Program-made: the position numbers and the translations under genes
NCBI GenBank assembly: GCA_002633005.1
Contig: NMRA01000008.1
Coordinates: forward strand, 1,399,745-1,463,744
Length of the DNA stretch: 64,000 nucleotides
Direction: 5' to 3'
From: Phoronis australis
Taxonomy: Eukaryota; Animalia; Phoronida
Part shown: positions 25,661 through 39,387 of the stretch, one piece after another
Layout of the letters: every line of letters begins with the position of its first letter
How positions within the stretch are numbered: position 1 is the first letter of the stretch
Notes under the pieces: model-generated
Told to the model about the DNA's origin: nothing
The model's input: the letters and a program-made list of their open reading frames with translations, nothing else
The model's database searches: none

Positions 25661-28600
25661 TATTTTTGTTTTAAGTTAGCAATTGTTTCACGATCACTTT
25701 CATTACAAGTTTCGGGAAGCAAATGCCAGTACTCCGTGACACTACGAGACAATGCGTCACGTGATTCTGTTTAACGTTGTACTATTGATACGGGTTTTGT
25801 AGCACGAACTCCAACTTGGGCAAGTTGTCAAAACTAAAAAATAATGATCGTTGTTGGCTATGTCTAGCAATCAGAAGTTAAAACAATGGCAATATTGAGA
25901 CAATGCTATCATAGACAATCGTTTGTCAGTACGTTTTGGCTGAGGAAAACGTATTTGAGCGTCTCATTTTTGTCTTTGGTTCATCACGCATCACGTAGCA
26001 AAACAATTTCTGACTTTCATTGTCTGTGTCCGATCAAGTTGCCTCTTGAACATAATGAAACCTTGGAGCAATACCGCGCAACTATCGCATGACACACGTT
26101 TTGGAAAACCTACTAATAATAACGACAAAAGTCAGATTCACAAGTTTAGTTAGCAGTACACGAAATCTCCCGAGGAGCCCCAGCTGACTGCTCGAGCAAC
26201 ACACTCCAAACCCAGATCTACCAAAGAGTGCATATGGAATACTTAGCCACTTTCATCTAGACAAAAAGCGGATTTGATTTAGCCAATGTCACGCTCTAGT
26301 GTTTACTATGAAATGATTTAGTTAACTTGAAGCTCACATCTTCAGGGGAGTGTTTAGCGAATGAAAGTCGGTCATGGCGGCTGAAGCCACTAGATGTGAC
26401 AAATGTCAACAGGTTAGCCAGCTTCCCGGCGACGCTCGACTGTTTACTCTCGTAGAATGCAAACGCGAGAAGAGGAGAAGGCTGTGTACCTAGGCTGGTC
26501 AGCAGAGTTTTGAGCGAGTGCAACAATCACACGAAACAGTGGAGGCACGACGTCATCTGGCGCGCAATCAGAGACTACTGTCTAACGGACCATACGATGC
26601 TTAGATGGAGTCGCGCTGCTGTAAGATAAATTTGCTAGGGTTCCACAAGATGAATTTGTGAACCAGTTCCCTAAAAATTAGACAAGTTGATGGCAATTCC
26701 CCTGAAGTTTTTAAATCTGCTTCGACAATGAACAATTTTATAGTGTCTCGTCTAATTCATCTAATTCGTTTCGTCTCTTGATTAATTATTCCTAGTCGTA
26801 AAGCGATGTATCAGGATCCGTTTTGACAGTCACACACTAAAAAGTATTACGCAAGCAGGGTGCGAGCCCGAGTCAATGTGAAACGCGTGAGGGGGTCAAG
26901 TGTTTGCGTTCATCAGGTTAGAAGCAATTATAGAGTATAATGTATTGTACGCAGAGTTTACACGGTAGATAGGAAGCCAAGAAGTCATAGACAACAAAAG
27001 ATCGACTATTACTCGGGTTAGGTCTTTTAAAATACCACGCGTGACATTTGGTTGGCACCGTCAGGTCACTATCGACGCATAGACATAGATTGGGCCTTCT
27101 GGTGATGGCCGAGTAAAAATTGAACCTGCACTCGAAACAGTTGACAGTTCGCAACCAAAGCTAACTGTCATCAGAAACACGTGAGCTGAGGATAACCCAC
27201 AGGGCAAACTCGAACATATTCATCGTCTACGTTTCAATTTTATTTAAAAATCCTCGTCAGAAAACAATGACAGGAGAAAAAGACAAATACGTGATTTGAG
27301 TGTCCACCACTTGATGGCAAAAAGCGTGTCGCGTTACTCACAAACTGGAATTTCAAAACGTGTGATCTCTTACAGATTAAGTAGGTGAGTTTGAAGAGTT
27401 CGCGGGGGAGGCGAATGGGAAGGAAGTTTGCAGTGCTTCTGTACACTGATGACTTGCACGTCTTTGAAGTGGCGGCTGTTTTGTGTCTAAAGTGTTAAAG
27501 TCAACAAGCTCCTATACAATATTAGACAAGTCCGACAAAACACAATTAACTCGATATATTTCAACAGGGTCACTGGCAGCTCAACTGTAATTCATGGGCA
27601 ATATACTCGTAATAAACATCTCAAAGAGTAATTCAAAAGATACGTTGATTCCGATAAGTTTCCATGCATTGCGTCTGATTATACTGGTTTGCAAAGATAA
27701 TAAACACCGTCTTCAATCAACAGTCTCTGGATCTGAAAGGGAAACTAGCAATGGGCTGCTCTGAAATCAATTTCCGTAATAATAACTAAATAATTGTGGG
27801 GAAATTAAAATAATATTGTGGAATGTTTGAGATTCCATCAAGACCACTGAAGTGCCGTGCTTGAACAACTTATCAGATGATTTACTGATCTACGTCGAAC
27901 TCTTCTCACGTCAGCCCTCGTATAATTTACGACTTTCGGTGAGTATCGTGTGCCGGTACACGATCTCGAAATCTAGCCATCAAGCTCTATCTAATGGTTC
28001 GCAGATTTACCTGAGAAGCTGTGAAACTGTTCCCGATCCCATGTCCATTCCAAAGTTATGTTTGGAAAACATAACACAAAACTCACCATACTAGCAGTGG
28101 TGATGCAGTCGCTACCGGGAGGGTCGACAAAAGGCGGCATGCTGGCACTCAGAGAAGCCGATTGGCGTTTCAGCTCAATTTCAGTCAAGATAATATTATT
28201 CGTTTCGCACATAATATTTAATTTCTAGATAAGATTAGTCTCCTGTTCAAGATTTGGACAACGGCTTCCCTGTTACTGTCGGGGTCGCGCATAGTGAGAT
28301 TGCAGCAATTTAGTGCGAAATGTGTTTAACACAAAAGAAGAAAGTAAAAAGGACGCTAAATTTCAGCACAAAATGTCCAAAGAAACATCTGTCAAGATGA
28401 TACGCAAGCCAACGAACAGTTACGTACTTAACAGTACTCGGTCTGGTCACTCAATGGCCCTATCTATATTGGCGGGCAGTGGCGAGACATGTCACACGTT
28501 AGCTATACACATTTTATCTCCCTCTCACAAATCCTTTAATCCAATAATTACGTTATGATACTAGAGTAAACCTGTTTATCATTTTATTATATTAACAATC

Positions 28601-31600
28601 CACCGCCAAACGCAGGTAGCACGTCTGGTTACAGTACTGCACTCTAGATGGATAACAACAGTTATTTGGTAGTCCGCTTGTCGAGTGGAGCTTTCGACAG
28701 TTCGGTGATAAAATTAAAAAAGAACGATAGTGAATAATCTAATTTGATAAAAGTAACTATCTCATATAGGCGTATTTTTAAAATCTTAATGACCTCTATA
28801 TCGCCTGCTTATGCTGACGATAATCTCGACCCTAGATTACCACTTGTCATCTTAATACTGATAGAAACATTGCCATTACCTTAGAATGCTTGACATTAAG
28901 AAAATCCTTCGGAAATTTCATGAAAAGGTTCTCCTGAGCTGATTTCTAGCAGATATCCGTACAGCACCTTTCTGCAGAACATCGACATTTCTTAGCCCAG
29001 ATACAGGAATTTGAGCAAAATAACCAGCGATTTCCTTTTTAACCTGACACGCTGCCCAGCATGTCCGCTCTAAGACTCGTGGTCTACGCGTTCGTCACAC
29101 ACCAAACTCTTCAGGAGGTCGGTAGACGCGACACCCTGTGGGCGATTTGTGTTACATGGTTCTCGAGAGAAGGCGCCTCTGCCTTATAATTCATTTGGTG
29201 GCAACATTTTTTTGACAACACACGCCAACAATATTATGCCAGCCATAATTTGAATGTCTTGTTTTTGGTAAATGAACGCTTTTACCGTCTCTGTCGTGTT
29301 CGTTCAACCAGTACATGTAATTCGGTGCAGCCGATACCGTATACTTTATGATTTCCCCGAGGCGGCCTTGTTCCTGGATTTATACACTACCAGCTAATGT
29401 TTCGTACAGTTGGGTTTAAACATAATCCCATAATATTCCACATATTTCCAGTGATACTAGGTTGTTCACCTTTCGTATAGCGGTTGACAATGCAAACACT
29501 AAAGTATGATAGACTTTGGCCTTGCATAACTAGATAGAGCAGCATCTATGCCCTCAATTGATCAATAGTATATGTGAGTACTACGAAGTACTACTGTCAT
29601 TGTACCGTGTGAGCGCAGAAGTACATGTAGGTATATATCAGGGTGACAGATACACCGTAGACGCTTGTTTTCAAATGTTTTTTTTCAAAATGTGCAAACA
29701 CTTGAAGATAGCTTGCCCTCGCCAGGTGTCCACTAGTGCTTTGTGGAGCGTGAACAATACTATCGGAGGCTGTGAACAATTCTTTGTTTTGTCTGTTTAG
29801 ACAACTAGGAGTCTTTTGTTTTAAGTTGGAAATGTCAGGCTCTGCACCAAGTGATGGTACAAATCTTGTTATGTTGTGGCCTAATTTCTAGAGGGAAATA
29901 GGAAATCGAAAAAAGCTTGTGCACAGCAGACGGTACTGTCGATTCAAATATGTTAGCGCGTCGAGAGACCGGAATATTTTATGTGTTAATACCAGTCTAA
30001 TCAACAGTGAAATAGATCCCGAATTTTGGTTCATTTGCACGTACTGTATAACTTCGGCATCTTTTGAACGTGCGAACAGAACACCGGTAGGTAAATGAGT
30101 CTTAATTTCAAAATAAACAATAAGATAAAAGTGTGCTATCAAAAAGGCTTGAAATCATCGACTTGTTTGAAATAAAGCATTAAGCACCATGTACAAGTGT
30201 TAGACGCACTGCGTTTCGTGGAAAGAAGTGAGGAGGTTAGTGTCCCGACTGAACCAAATCCTCGGCTTAGGTCACAAACGTATCAGTTGACTTGTTGTGC
30301 ATCTAATGGATGATACGAAGTCGTATGATATATAGCATTCGTTTTACTAAGTATTATCTCACAGGACAAACAATCCGGAAATATATAAGATAAGAAATAA
30401 AAAGTGCAAGATAAAAGTTGACGTGTGAGTACCGAGACGACACAACAGAGAGCGTTATATAGGGTTTTCATGGCGGTCGAGAAAAGCACGAGTTTAATTA
30501 CGAGAGGCAGATTTAGAATGAACGTCAGAAGCTTCTGTAACTATTAACGAAATATCCATTCCGTCTGTGTGTTCACTGGTCAATCCAGCTGAGATTATCT
30601 CGACTCAACGACCTTGACATTAGCTTAGTCGAAGATATAAATGAGAAAAATAATAAAAGAACGTGAAAATTGTCTCGGTTAAACAACTTTCCTTGAATCA
30701 CTCTGCCTGAATTTTATTTGCAGATACTATTCTAAATGAGTTGGACTAACTCAGCTGACACTGGCGTGGTTTGTGCATTGTGCACTGTGAACCACTAAAA
30801 TAGTGACATGATGCATCTATTTGAATGCAGAAGCCGTTTTGCTAAAAAATAGAAATGAGTCGAAATTGGCCAAACTAATGAATCATGCTTTGCAAATGAT
30901 TTTTTAATTTACCCTGTTTTAGCGGAAGGCGTGGCGTCCACAGGGTCTGTTCACAGAGATGTAGAAATAAATGTTTTTTGTTCCACGGGGCTAATTATGA
31001 CGTATATTCCCTGACGGGAAATACCCCAGTTCTGGCGAGTGGTGGCTTAATTTAAAAGTTGAATGCTTTTGACCATTTCTGTTTTCTGTCTTCGAATTAG
31101 CGGTCGCGTTTCAACCAAGTGTTGCAATCACACTCTTGGTGATAACAAACGGTTTCCGTGTCATATGGAAGATGAAGATGACAGGGAAATTGATGGTTTT
31201 GTCAGATAATCCAAGTCCATATCTGCTGGTGATCTCTAGAGACATGTAAGCCTGCGACGAAATCAACGCCTGGTTATGTCAGTGTTTGTTGCGATAATTG
31301 GTCGTTACAGGCAAATATTTTTGACATTATTTCCTATGACATATCCTCCAACCATTCTCGTCTATTGTCTCGTGAAAGTTCTTACAAATACTTGGCAGGT
31401 TTCTCAGTGGTAGGAGTGCTCTCCCGGCGATTCTCCCATAGAGTTATTTTGGACAACAATAGTCACAGGATAAAGTCATTCTCACTTCGAAGGCCCAATT
31501 TGGTAGCATACTTTTGTGGCAGGGTGCGCCCGAGGGAAAGTCCTCAGCTCGCCTGTTAGGCGTAACACTGTGCATAGATCGACCGTTACGGTTAGTCCTC

Positions 31601-34600
31601 GGGCTATTGAATTAGGACAGTAAGTGCCAAGTGCACCCTAACATTAGATAACTATTGGGTGATCATCATGATTAAGTGTGCCCGTGGAGAGAGATCAAAA
31701 CACTTAGACCGGTGGTTTGTCGAAACTCATCCCTCAAGACACGGCAACTGGGCTTGCAATGACATTCAATTCTTGAAACTCAGTTGCCCCAGGGGAGCTT
31801 CCCCCGAGAATGACTGGGTACGCCGCAGAAAAGGGTGCAATTTGTCAAAACCAAGCGCAAGAGTGCGTTAGCGTCTCGTAGTAAGGTAAGAGACAATACC
31901 GTAAAATCTCCTACATAAGGCCACCGACACACATACAATGATGCCTGATCAATAGAAGAACATATCGTTTTTTCGGTCCTAAGGCCACTGGTTATTTTTC
32001 TGGTGTTTTCAGCCAGTGAAACATGAGAAAGCAATTCAGCATGTGTTGTAAAGTTAAGTCATAACCTTATTGAATGATGCATTTTTTGCGGATATTAAAA
32101 ATGAAACGATCCCGAACATAGATTTATTGCTATATGTTTGAATGTGGGGGATTTTACTGCACGACTGTGTTGCGACGTCTTGTGATTGGACGTTCAAGCA
32201 ATCGCATCCCATTCCCGTTCGGTCGCAACATATTACACAGTGTCACGTGTCCGGGTGCATGAAACACTCCAATAGATGCTCAACTATGTTTCGTAAATGT
32301 TCAGCGTATCGATGTGTTGTCTTTGTTTATATAATAACGTCATATTTTTTTAACAAATTATCTTCATTTTGAAACCTTCTTTCACTTTTTATAATTTTAA
32401 TAGTAATATATGAGAAAACTGAGCCCTTATTTCGTTTTAAAAATACTGTCATTAATTAGGGCCATTGCATGAAAAGTTCTTGTTAAATTTCAACGATAAG
32501 TTTAGAATTTAACTTAGAGTTTAGTCTGGCTGTATATCAAAGCTAGAACCTGACGTAGCGATGAAGATAAAATATCGGAAGTCTACAAATGCGCTAAAAA
32601 TTCAGGGAAGATAGATGAGTACCAATCCTTCTGGCTATTTCATGAAAGCGGGCACTTATTGCTAATTAGCTGTTCCATTATATTCACTGTTGTACAAAAT
32701 CGTGCTGCTAAATGGTGACTGGATGCTGGCCACAAAATTACGTTGAGTTACGTTTTTGTTCGTGACAACCGGATGTGGGGTGTTAATTTTTGTCGCTGAA
32801 ATATTTTCAGTATGCACGAATGTAGAGTCAACAGTACAATAACGTCGACAAATGGGCAAAGTGACCGCCGCGCCATCGTTCCCAGGGTACCGACTGTACT
32901 GAATCCGTGCTACCGATACCTGACCTAATAAACCCTGTAAATATTTTACAAACATTCCTCCGTATTGATGAACAAAGATCATTGTAACCCAATATTCTAG
33001 ACAGACCCCCGACAGAACACTGTGTCCTATATCGATTGGGCGACGTGTCAATGTTTTTTTACTTTCCTCGTCCACAAAAGAAAGTGTGTCCCTCCTCTGG
33101 TTGCTAGACGGACCGATGTCTCCGCCGTATGTTATTTGGAATGCTGGCGATGAAATTTGACAGTACGAATCAACATTACTTTGTTATGTGGGTATTAGAA
33201 TTGCTACAACCACTACACTGAGTTTCCTTTTCTTCACAACAGTTCATTTTAGACAGCCAAATTACTCCGAAATTTGCAAAACAAAATGTCTCTAAAATAC
33301 AAAAAAAGGCTAAAAATAGTGGTTATATGGTGACTGAGACTGTCAGTTCAGTAAAGAATTTTTCTGCCATTGAACTGTCGTGCCCCTACTTTTCGTGTTT
33401 CATCTCAGACTCTGCCACCTACCGAGAAGCCAACGTAACTATACATAAACACATACATTAAAGGTCAATTTGAACAAGTTTCTGTTCGTTTGGATGTTTT
33501 AACTATCGCAATGATAAAAACTACATTACTCGAAGAAAACATCATTGGACAAATAAGTGTGACATTTCGCGCCACCTTGTGTCGCTGCGAGAACACACTA
33601 AAAGCAACCATAACACTTTCAACCATCGTCATGATATTGGATAAGTCAAGTATTAGGCAGTGAAATGATAAAACTGCATTTTGCCGCCGTTCAGCTGTTA
33701 ATGTTGGAATTCTTGACCAAAGCACTTTGAGGTATAAAAATTTCGATAGTTCCATCCCATCTTGAGTTACTGCCAAATGCGATGGGAACTCCAAGTGACA
33801 GGCGTGCAACTTTCCAACCCGCAGTTTTAGGGTTGGCCAATTCTAACTAATTTTGAAGCGTTTTCTCCTGTCGTTGTTGGTTTCGATGTTGTTGCTGGTA
33901 ACGGAAATAGAGTTATGTTGCGGTAAGGAATCTCATGACTGACACCCAAAATGGATAGTTGTCTTTAAGCCAGGGCGAAATGCAGTTATATATTCTCATC
34001 GACAGTGTTTTGAGGAAGGATAGGCAACCATTGTACAAGATAGAAATCCTTACCTGTAAATTACGTATATGATCCTGGTCATTCCCAGTTGTTTCCAATC
34101 CGATCAATGTCACTAATATCCAATGCCCAGCAATAGAAACTTTCAGCGATTTCTGTCATTTTAGACAGGACCTTATTCATTCCTTAAGAGTCCATGTTAT
34201 CAAATGCATTCACGGTGTCCACAAAACTGTTGTTTGTTTCTAAGACGACGTAATGTGGATGTTGTTGTAGGTTCTTGTATCTGAAGAAAGAAGCCGTAGT
34301 CAGTCATTGTGAGAAATATCACAGTCCATTCATTTGATATGACGATTTTATTTCCATTTTAACGTATCGAAGATCGATATTTTGTTGAAATCAAACACGT
34401 CACAAAGATCAATTAAACTAATTTTTCACTGCAAGACGTTGGACATTTATTTCAATTAAATGTAGATAACCAAAAATTAATTGTTCATAGTTAACGTGAC
34501 ACTATTTTCCGAATTGAAAATGTGCTGTCAGTAATGATGTTAGTATGAGACCAAGAGCAAAGGCGCATCAAAATAATTAATGGCAATAGTGGGTGGGAAA

Positions 34601-36964
34601 TATTATTATTAATTATATTAATGATAACCATGGAAACAACCAAATACAACAACAACATCGATCACTTTAGTTCTTTGTCAAATTATCATAAAAAATCTGA
34701 AATCCAGCGGCCGCCGAAAACTTTACGTTTTATAAAAACACAATACAAACAGGAGCCATGACGAGGCAAAAGAGAAGAGATTGTCAAAGAATTGGCAGCG
34801 AAAGGAAAGGGCAACACGATGGACAACGATCGACTACACAGAGAACAAGTCATCGCTACAGCAGTAACAACTGATATTTCGGTTCTCTTTTGCCTGATGA
34901 TGTTCTTATGTAAAAGTGAAACGTTGCGTCTGTTTTTAAATAAGTAGTAATGTTTTCGGTAGCTGTGGTAGTTGTCAGGTTTTCGATAATAACAATATTA
35001 ATGGTAAAAATAGAATACTGATAGTGACAATGTTGATAATGATAATGAAACGCTTGATGTAATGATTGGTATTCACTGTAAGATGTTTAATTTTGATAGC
35101 CTCGCATATCTCGTGCCATATAATGGACAGGATAGAATTAGGCAGTCAATGAATATACGATTTAAGAGAATGAGCAGCATTAGATAAGGTAGCATTAGAT
35201 AAGGTATGACACAGTTCGAAAAAATGTTACCTGATATTCTGGTTTCTGAGCATCCAAATCACAAGTACCTTGAAACTTGCTAACGTTAACGCGATTTTTC
35301 GAATTTTTTTGAGCTGTCGTTCGTTTTAAATTTCCTATGTGCCCAAGCAAGGCACACGTCACTGCATGCGTACAACCGTGAACAAACTAGCCGTGTTCAC
35401 CTTAAATCCTTAGTTACCTGCCTAGCTCAGGTTTCACGTCAGTTTTATGAAATGCCAGAAATACCAATGTGTATTAATACTTTAAAAATGTCCTGGATAT
35501 CAATCCCGTAAAAACTGTTCATGTCCAATAAATTCCGTGTCTATTGTTTTTTGCCTCAACCAAAGCCAGTAAGTCCAAATTCGAGTGCAGTATTTGTTTG
35601 TTTTAAAACGAAGGCAGTGTTGTTTTTTAGTCGGCTCCTCAATACATGTCATAGCATTAAAGCAATTATAGATTTAATCTGGCCATTATCGGATGGCGGC
35701 CCTGATAAAATACCTATAATAAGATCACCACAAATTGGCCGCTAAATACATTAAAAGAATTCCTTTGTAAATTCAACTTACAAAACAAGACGGGATAGGG
35801 TTGCACGTCTACAGTCTGACGTATTGAAACTGATAAACCAGTTATATTACTCGGTACAAATTGTTGTTCAGATGGGTATTATTGTTAGGTGAATATTTTC
35901 GCCAGTCGATGAGAACGCCGTTCAGTGTTCAGAACAAACACAGCCTGACACCGGGTTTAAACTGGCCCTCCCGGTCAATAGAGAATATTAATAAATGTAT
36001 TCGTTTCTCGCCTAATTTGGCGTCACATATTGTTACCCCCAGGACATTCCAAACTCCAGATATTTTAGATATAGAGTTGCACCTATTTATTTTGATATCA
36101 ACACAACTGGAATTAAAATGTATCGTTTAAAAGTGGACTCGGGATGGTATTTACAAGTCTCTGTGCTCATGCATGTAATAAGGCGTGCTGAGACTACGTC
36201 ATTTGTGCAACAGAAACTTGTGTTTTATATACATCCAGTTGTAGTTAAATTTTTGGTATGTCTATCACTGATAACAACTCTCCTCGGGGTGGCGAAACAA
36301 TTAAAGCTACATTTCGCCCTGCCTAGATGGTTAAAAGGCGAAAGTCGAATTAAGCAATTTACTTTCATAAAATTGGTCTCTTGATATTTCTTATCTTAAT
36401 AAGATTCTCTTTCTAGTCATCAAAATCATGTGCGACTAGAGAAAAAGCTTCAAAACTTACTGCGAATTCGAATATGGCGCACGTGCGTACACATTGCATG
36501 TGACTCGAATTGCTGGCCCGTACTGCAACAATTGGAGATCAGATGACCGTGGTACTGTTTTGAAATCCTAGAGTGCTTCATTAAGATAAAAAATTATCGT
36601 TGGCAGCTAAACACGTCGAAATGCATCTTTAATTGGTCGGTTCCATAAATACTAGCTCAGCTGACTGGATCTCTGTGTCCAGTGGCTAGACTCTGTCCGT
36701 CCTGAATGTATTGGGGACAAGCATCCGAGCCCGTATATATTCTAATGCATGTGACGGTTGTCGTTTTTGTAGCATAATATACTCGCAACTGAAAGCTAGA
36801 CTAAGTGCAGCCACGTGCTTCGCGTGGCCTGCATGGCGACATCTCGCGAAGGCTTCCATACTTGGCGGATCTCTCCTAGCTCCCGAGAAACTAGCCTGAG
36901 GCAAGAATCCAGGATTCTTGCATTGGAAATCTGATCATGTGATAGGAGGGGGAGGGGGAGGCAG

Positions 36965-37354
36965 NNNNNNNNNNNNNNNNNNNNNNNNNNNNNNNNNNNN
37001 NNNNNNNNNNNNNNNNNNNNNNNNNNNNNNNNNNNNNNNNNNNNNNNNNNNNNNNNNNNNNNNNNNNNNNNNNNNNNNNNNNNNNNNNNNNNNNNNNNNN
37101 NNNNNNNNNNNNNNNNNNNNNNNNNNNNNNNNNNNNNNNNNNNNNNNNNNNNNNNNNNNNNNNNNNNNNNNNNNNNNNNNNNNNNNNNNNNNNNNNNNNN
37201 NNNNNNNNNNNNNNNNNNNNNNNNNNNNNNNNNNNNNNNNNNNNNNNNNNNNNNNNNNNNNNNNNNNNNNNNNNNNNNNNNNNNNNNNNNNNNNNNNNNN
37301 NNNNNNNNNNNNNNNNNNNNNNNNNNNNNNNNNNNNNNNNNNNNNNNNNNNNNN
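36965..37354. other. Assembly gap (390 N)
   Basis: Run of n, flanked by a G-rich purine tract on the left and (GA)n on the right. Confidence 0.99.
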
Positions 37355-37362
37355 GAGAGGGA

Positions 37363-37418
<56 letters not shown>
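37355..37418 (+). repeat. (GA)n microsatellite at gap edge
   Basis: Directly visible. Confidence 0.97.
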
Positions 37419-37421
<3 letters not shown>

Positions 37422-39256
37422 GAGTAGAAATGTGTGCAAAAGAGAATCTCAAATTAAAGATAAATTGTTAGAAAAATAAAACTTTAGTGAGTAAACGAAG
37501 TCTACAGATGCGCTGAAATTTTAGGGAAAATTGCTGAGTCCCAATTGGGACTGTTTCATGCAACGGAGCACGAATATTTGCGATGTAGTGCCGCCGGGGT
37601 CTGTCGCGGCTGTTCGCAGTCTCAGGTGATTGCCGATAGCTCATTAATCTTCTCATCAAAAACTAGTGCGGTGCAGCAGGATAGTGTGCAGGTGCGTTCC
37701 GTAAACACAAGGCTCGCATGAAAAAACAAGGCCGCCACGTCAGATCTCGCACGTGAAAGGCGAATGTTTCGCGAGTGAGTACCTTATTAGCATACACCCC
37801 CAAAATGGCAGCCACTGAAGTGATTAGTCGCCAAAAATGTGGAATTAATAGGATAAAATTCTGTGTTTCGGACCCTTAGCGAAAATTTTTCACGAGCGTC
37901 TTGCGCCTACGGAACGCAGTTCACGTTGAGGCTCATACGGGTCAGTCTTTGAATATCTGAATTATTCAAACGCCTCATTGCAGGAGGAACACTGAGTTCG
38001 GGTCAGTCTTGGGCTGTTTCGTCACCCTGGAGGTATCTGGCTTCGACCAAGAATGACGCATGCACACCTCCCTTTTTCAAATGCTTCGTGATCACTGCAG
38101 ATGTGTCAATGCAATTTATAGCAACATCTGATGCACCTTTCCGAACTCAATGGCATGTTTATTGTCTCGGCAACTCGCCTAAACGTTTTTAACCAGAACC
38201 AGTAAACAACGTCTTATAAAAACAGTTAGACGCGATGTTTTAGCAACAGTCTAGGGATTACGGCAGACTGTATTAAAGTCATTTTTCATGAGAACTATCC
38301 TCGCATATGGAAATGTTGAAATATTTCAATTTCCCTGACCACTTTAGTTGTAACAAATGTCTGTCCCTGCGGCAGTTAAAAACAACAACTGGTGCTTGTT
38401 TCGTATTAGCGTCATTAACGTTCCATCAACTATTTAACTCCATAGCCGAATCACGTGACGTGTTTGTGAAGAACCGGACCTCCTAAACACGCGTATCTAT
38501 GCCGAAGACCCTTTGTACAGCACCATATGACGGTCACGTGTTATGCCTAATTTTCAGAGCGTTGCCCCTGTTTAATTTTAAATTTATCGATTTGTTACGC
38601 TATCATGACAATTGCTTTAGAATGATCAAAAGTTTCACCAATCATGTTTGTGCTCATCAGTCTCAGTAAAAGGCTCGATCAAAAGATGACGCACATTAAA
38701 GAAGGCCTACATGTCGGCCACCAATCTGAGCACTAACGTTGCATTACTAACCTCTGGAATAACACAAGTGCGGACATCGACTTACATAAACAAAATAGAA
38801 ACTTATGAATTTTTGAAAGAAGTCCGATTTTACCCAAGCTCTTGACTATTGACTGAATGCACAGTTTGTAAACTTTGTTGATGTGTTCGATTTTTGCGGC
38901 GCGTGCACGATCTCTAATAAACAATTTAGTGGGACTTAGTTGTGCAACGCTGTTACGTCTAGTCCCTGACGAAGTTTACTTTTCTCCCACTCGAAATTGC
39001 CCTCGTTTGATAAGACTGGTCTGCCACGAAACTTCGTCAACCTCAGTTATGTAAGTATCCTTGTGCTTATTGACCACTTAGCACCGTGAGGTGTAAGAAG
39101 TAACGGATTAGCACCTTCGTGTCATTTATGTTCTCTTCACACTACAAAGTCAACAAAGTAGAGTATAAACAATAATAGATTAGACACCAATAAATTACAG
39201 GGACATCAAAAATGTTGCCTTATTTTCTAACAGGTAGATTTGTTATAAGCCTATTA

Positions 39257-39387
39257 CAAAGGCGGGTCCAGGGGGGACAAGGGTGTCCGGACCCCTCTTT
39301 TTCCCTTGGTTTTAGTGATATCAAATCTAGAATTTTCAAATTGTTGACTTGGACCTCCCCTTATAAAAAATCATGGATCCGCCCTTG
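39257..39387 (+). mobile_element. MITE with CAAGGGCGGATCCA-type TIRs, 5-bp TSD (TATTA)
   Basis: CAAAGGCGGGTCCAGG ... CATGGATCCGCCCTTG. tatta at 39252-39256 and 39388-39392. Confidence 0.78.

Noticed and set aside
31743-31790. Stem-loop with ATGA...TGA resembling a SECIS element
   Set aside because: The upper helix is far too short and there is no selenoprotein context.
36796-37452. Longest ORFs in the track (169-218 aa)
   Set aside because: Artefacts of the N gap and (GA)n.
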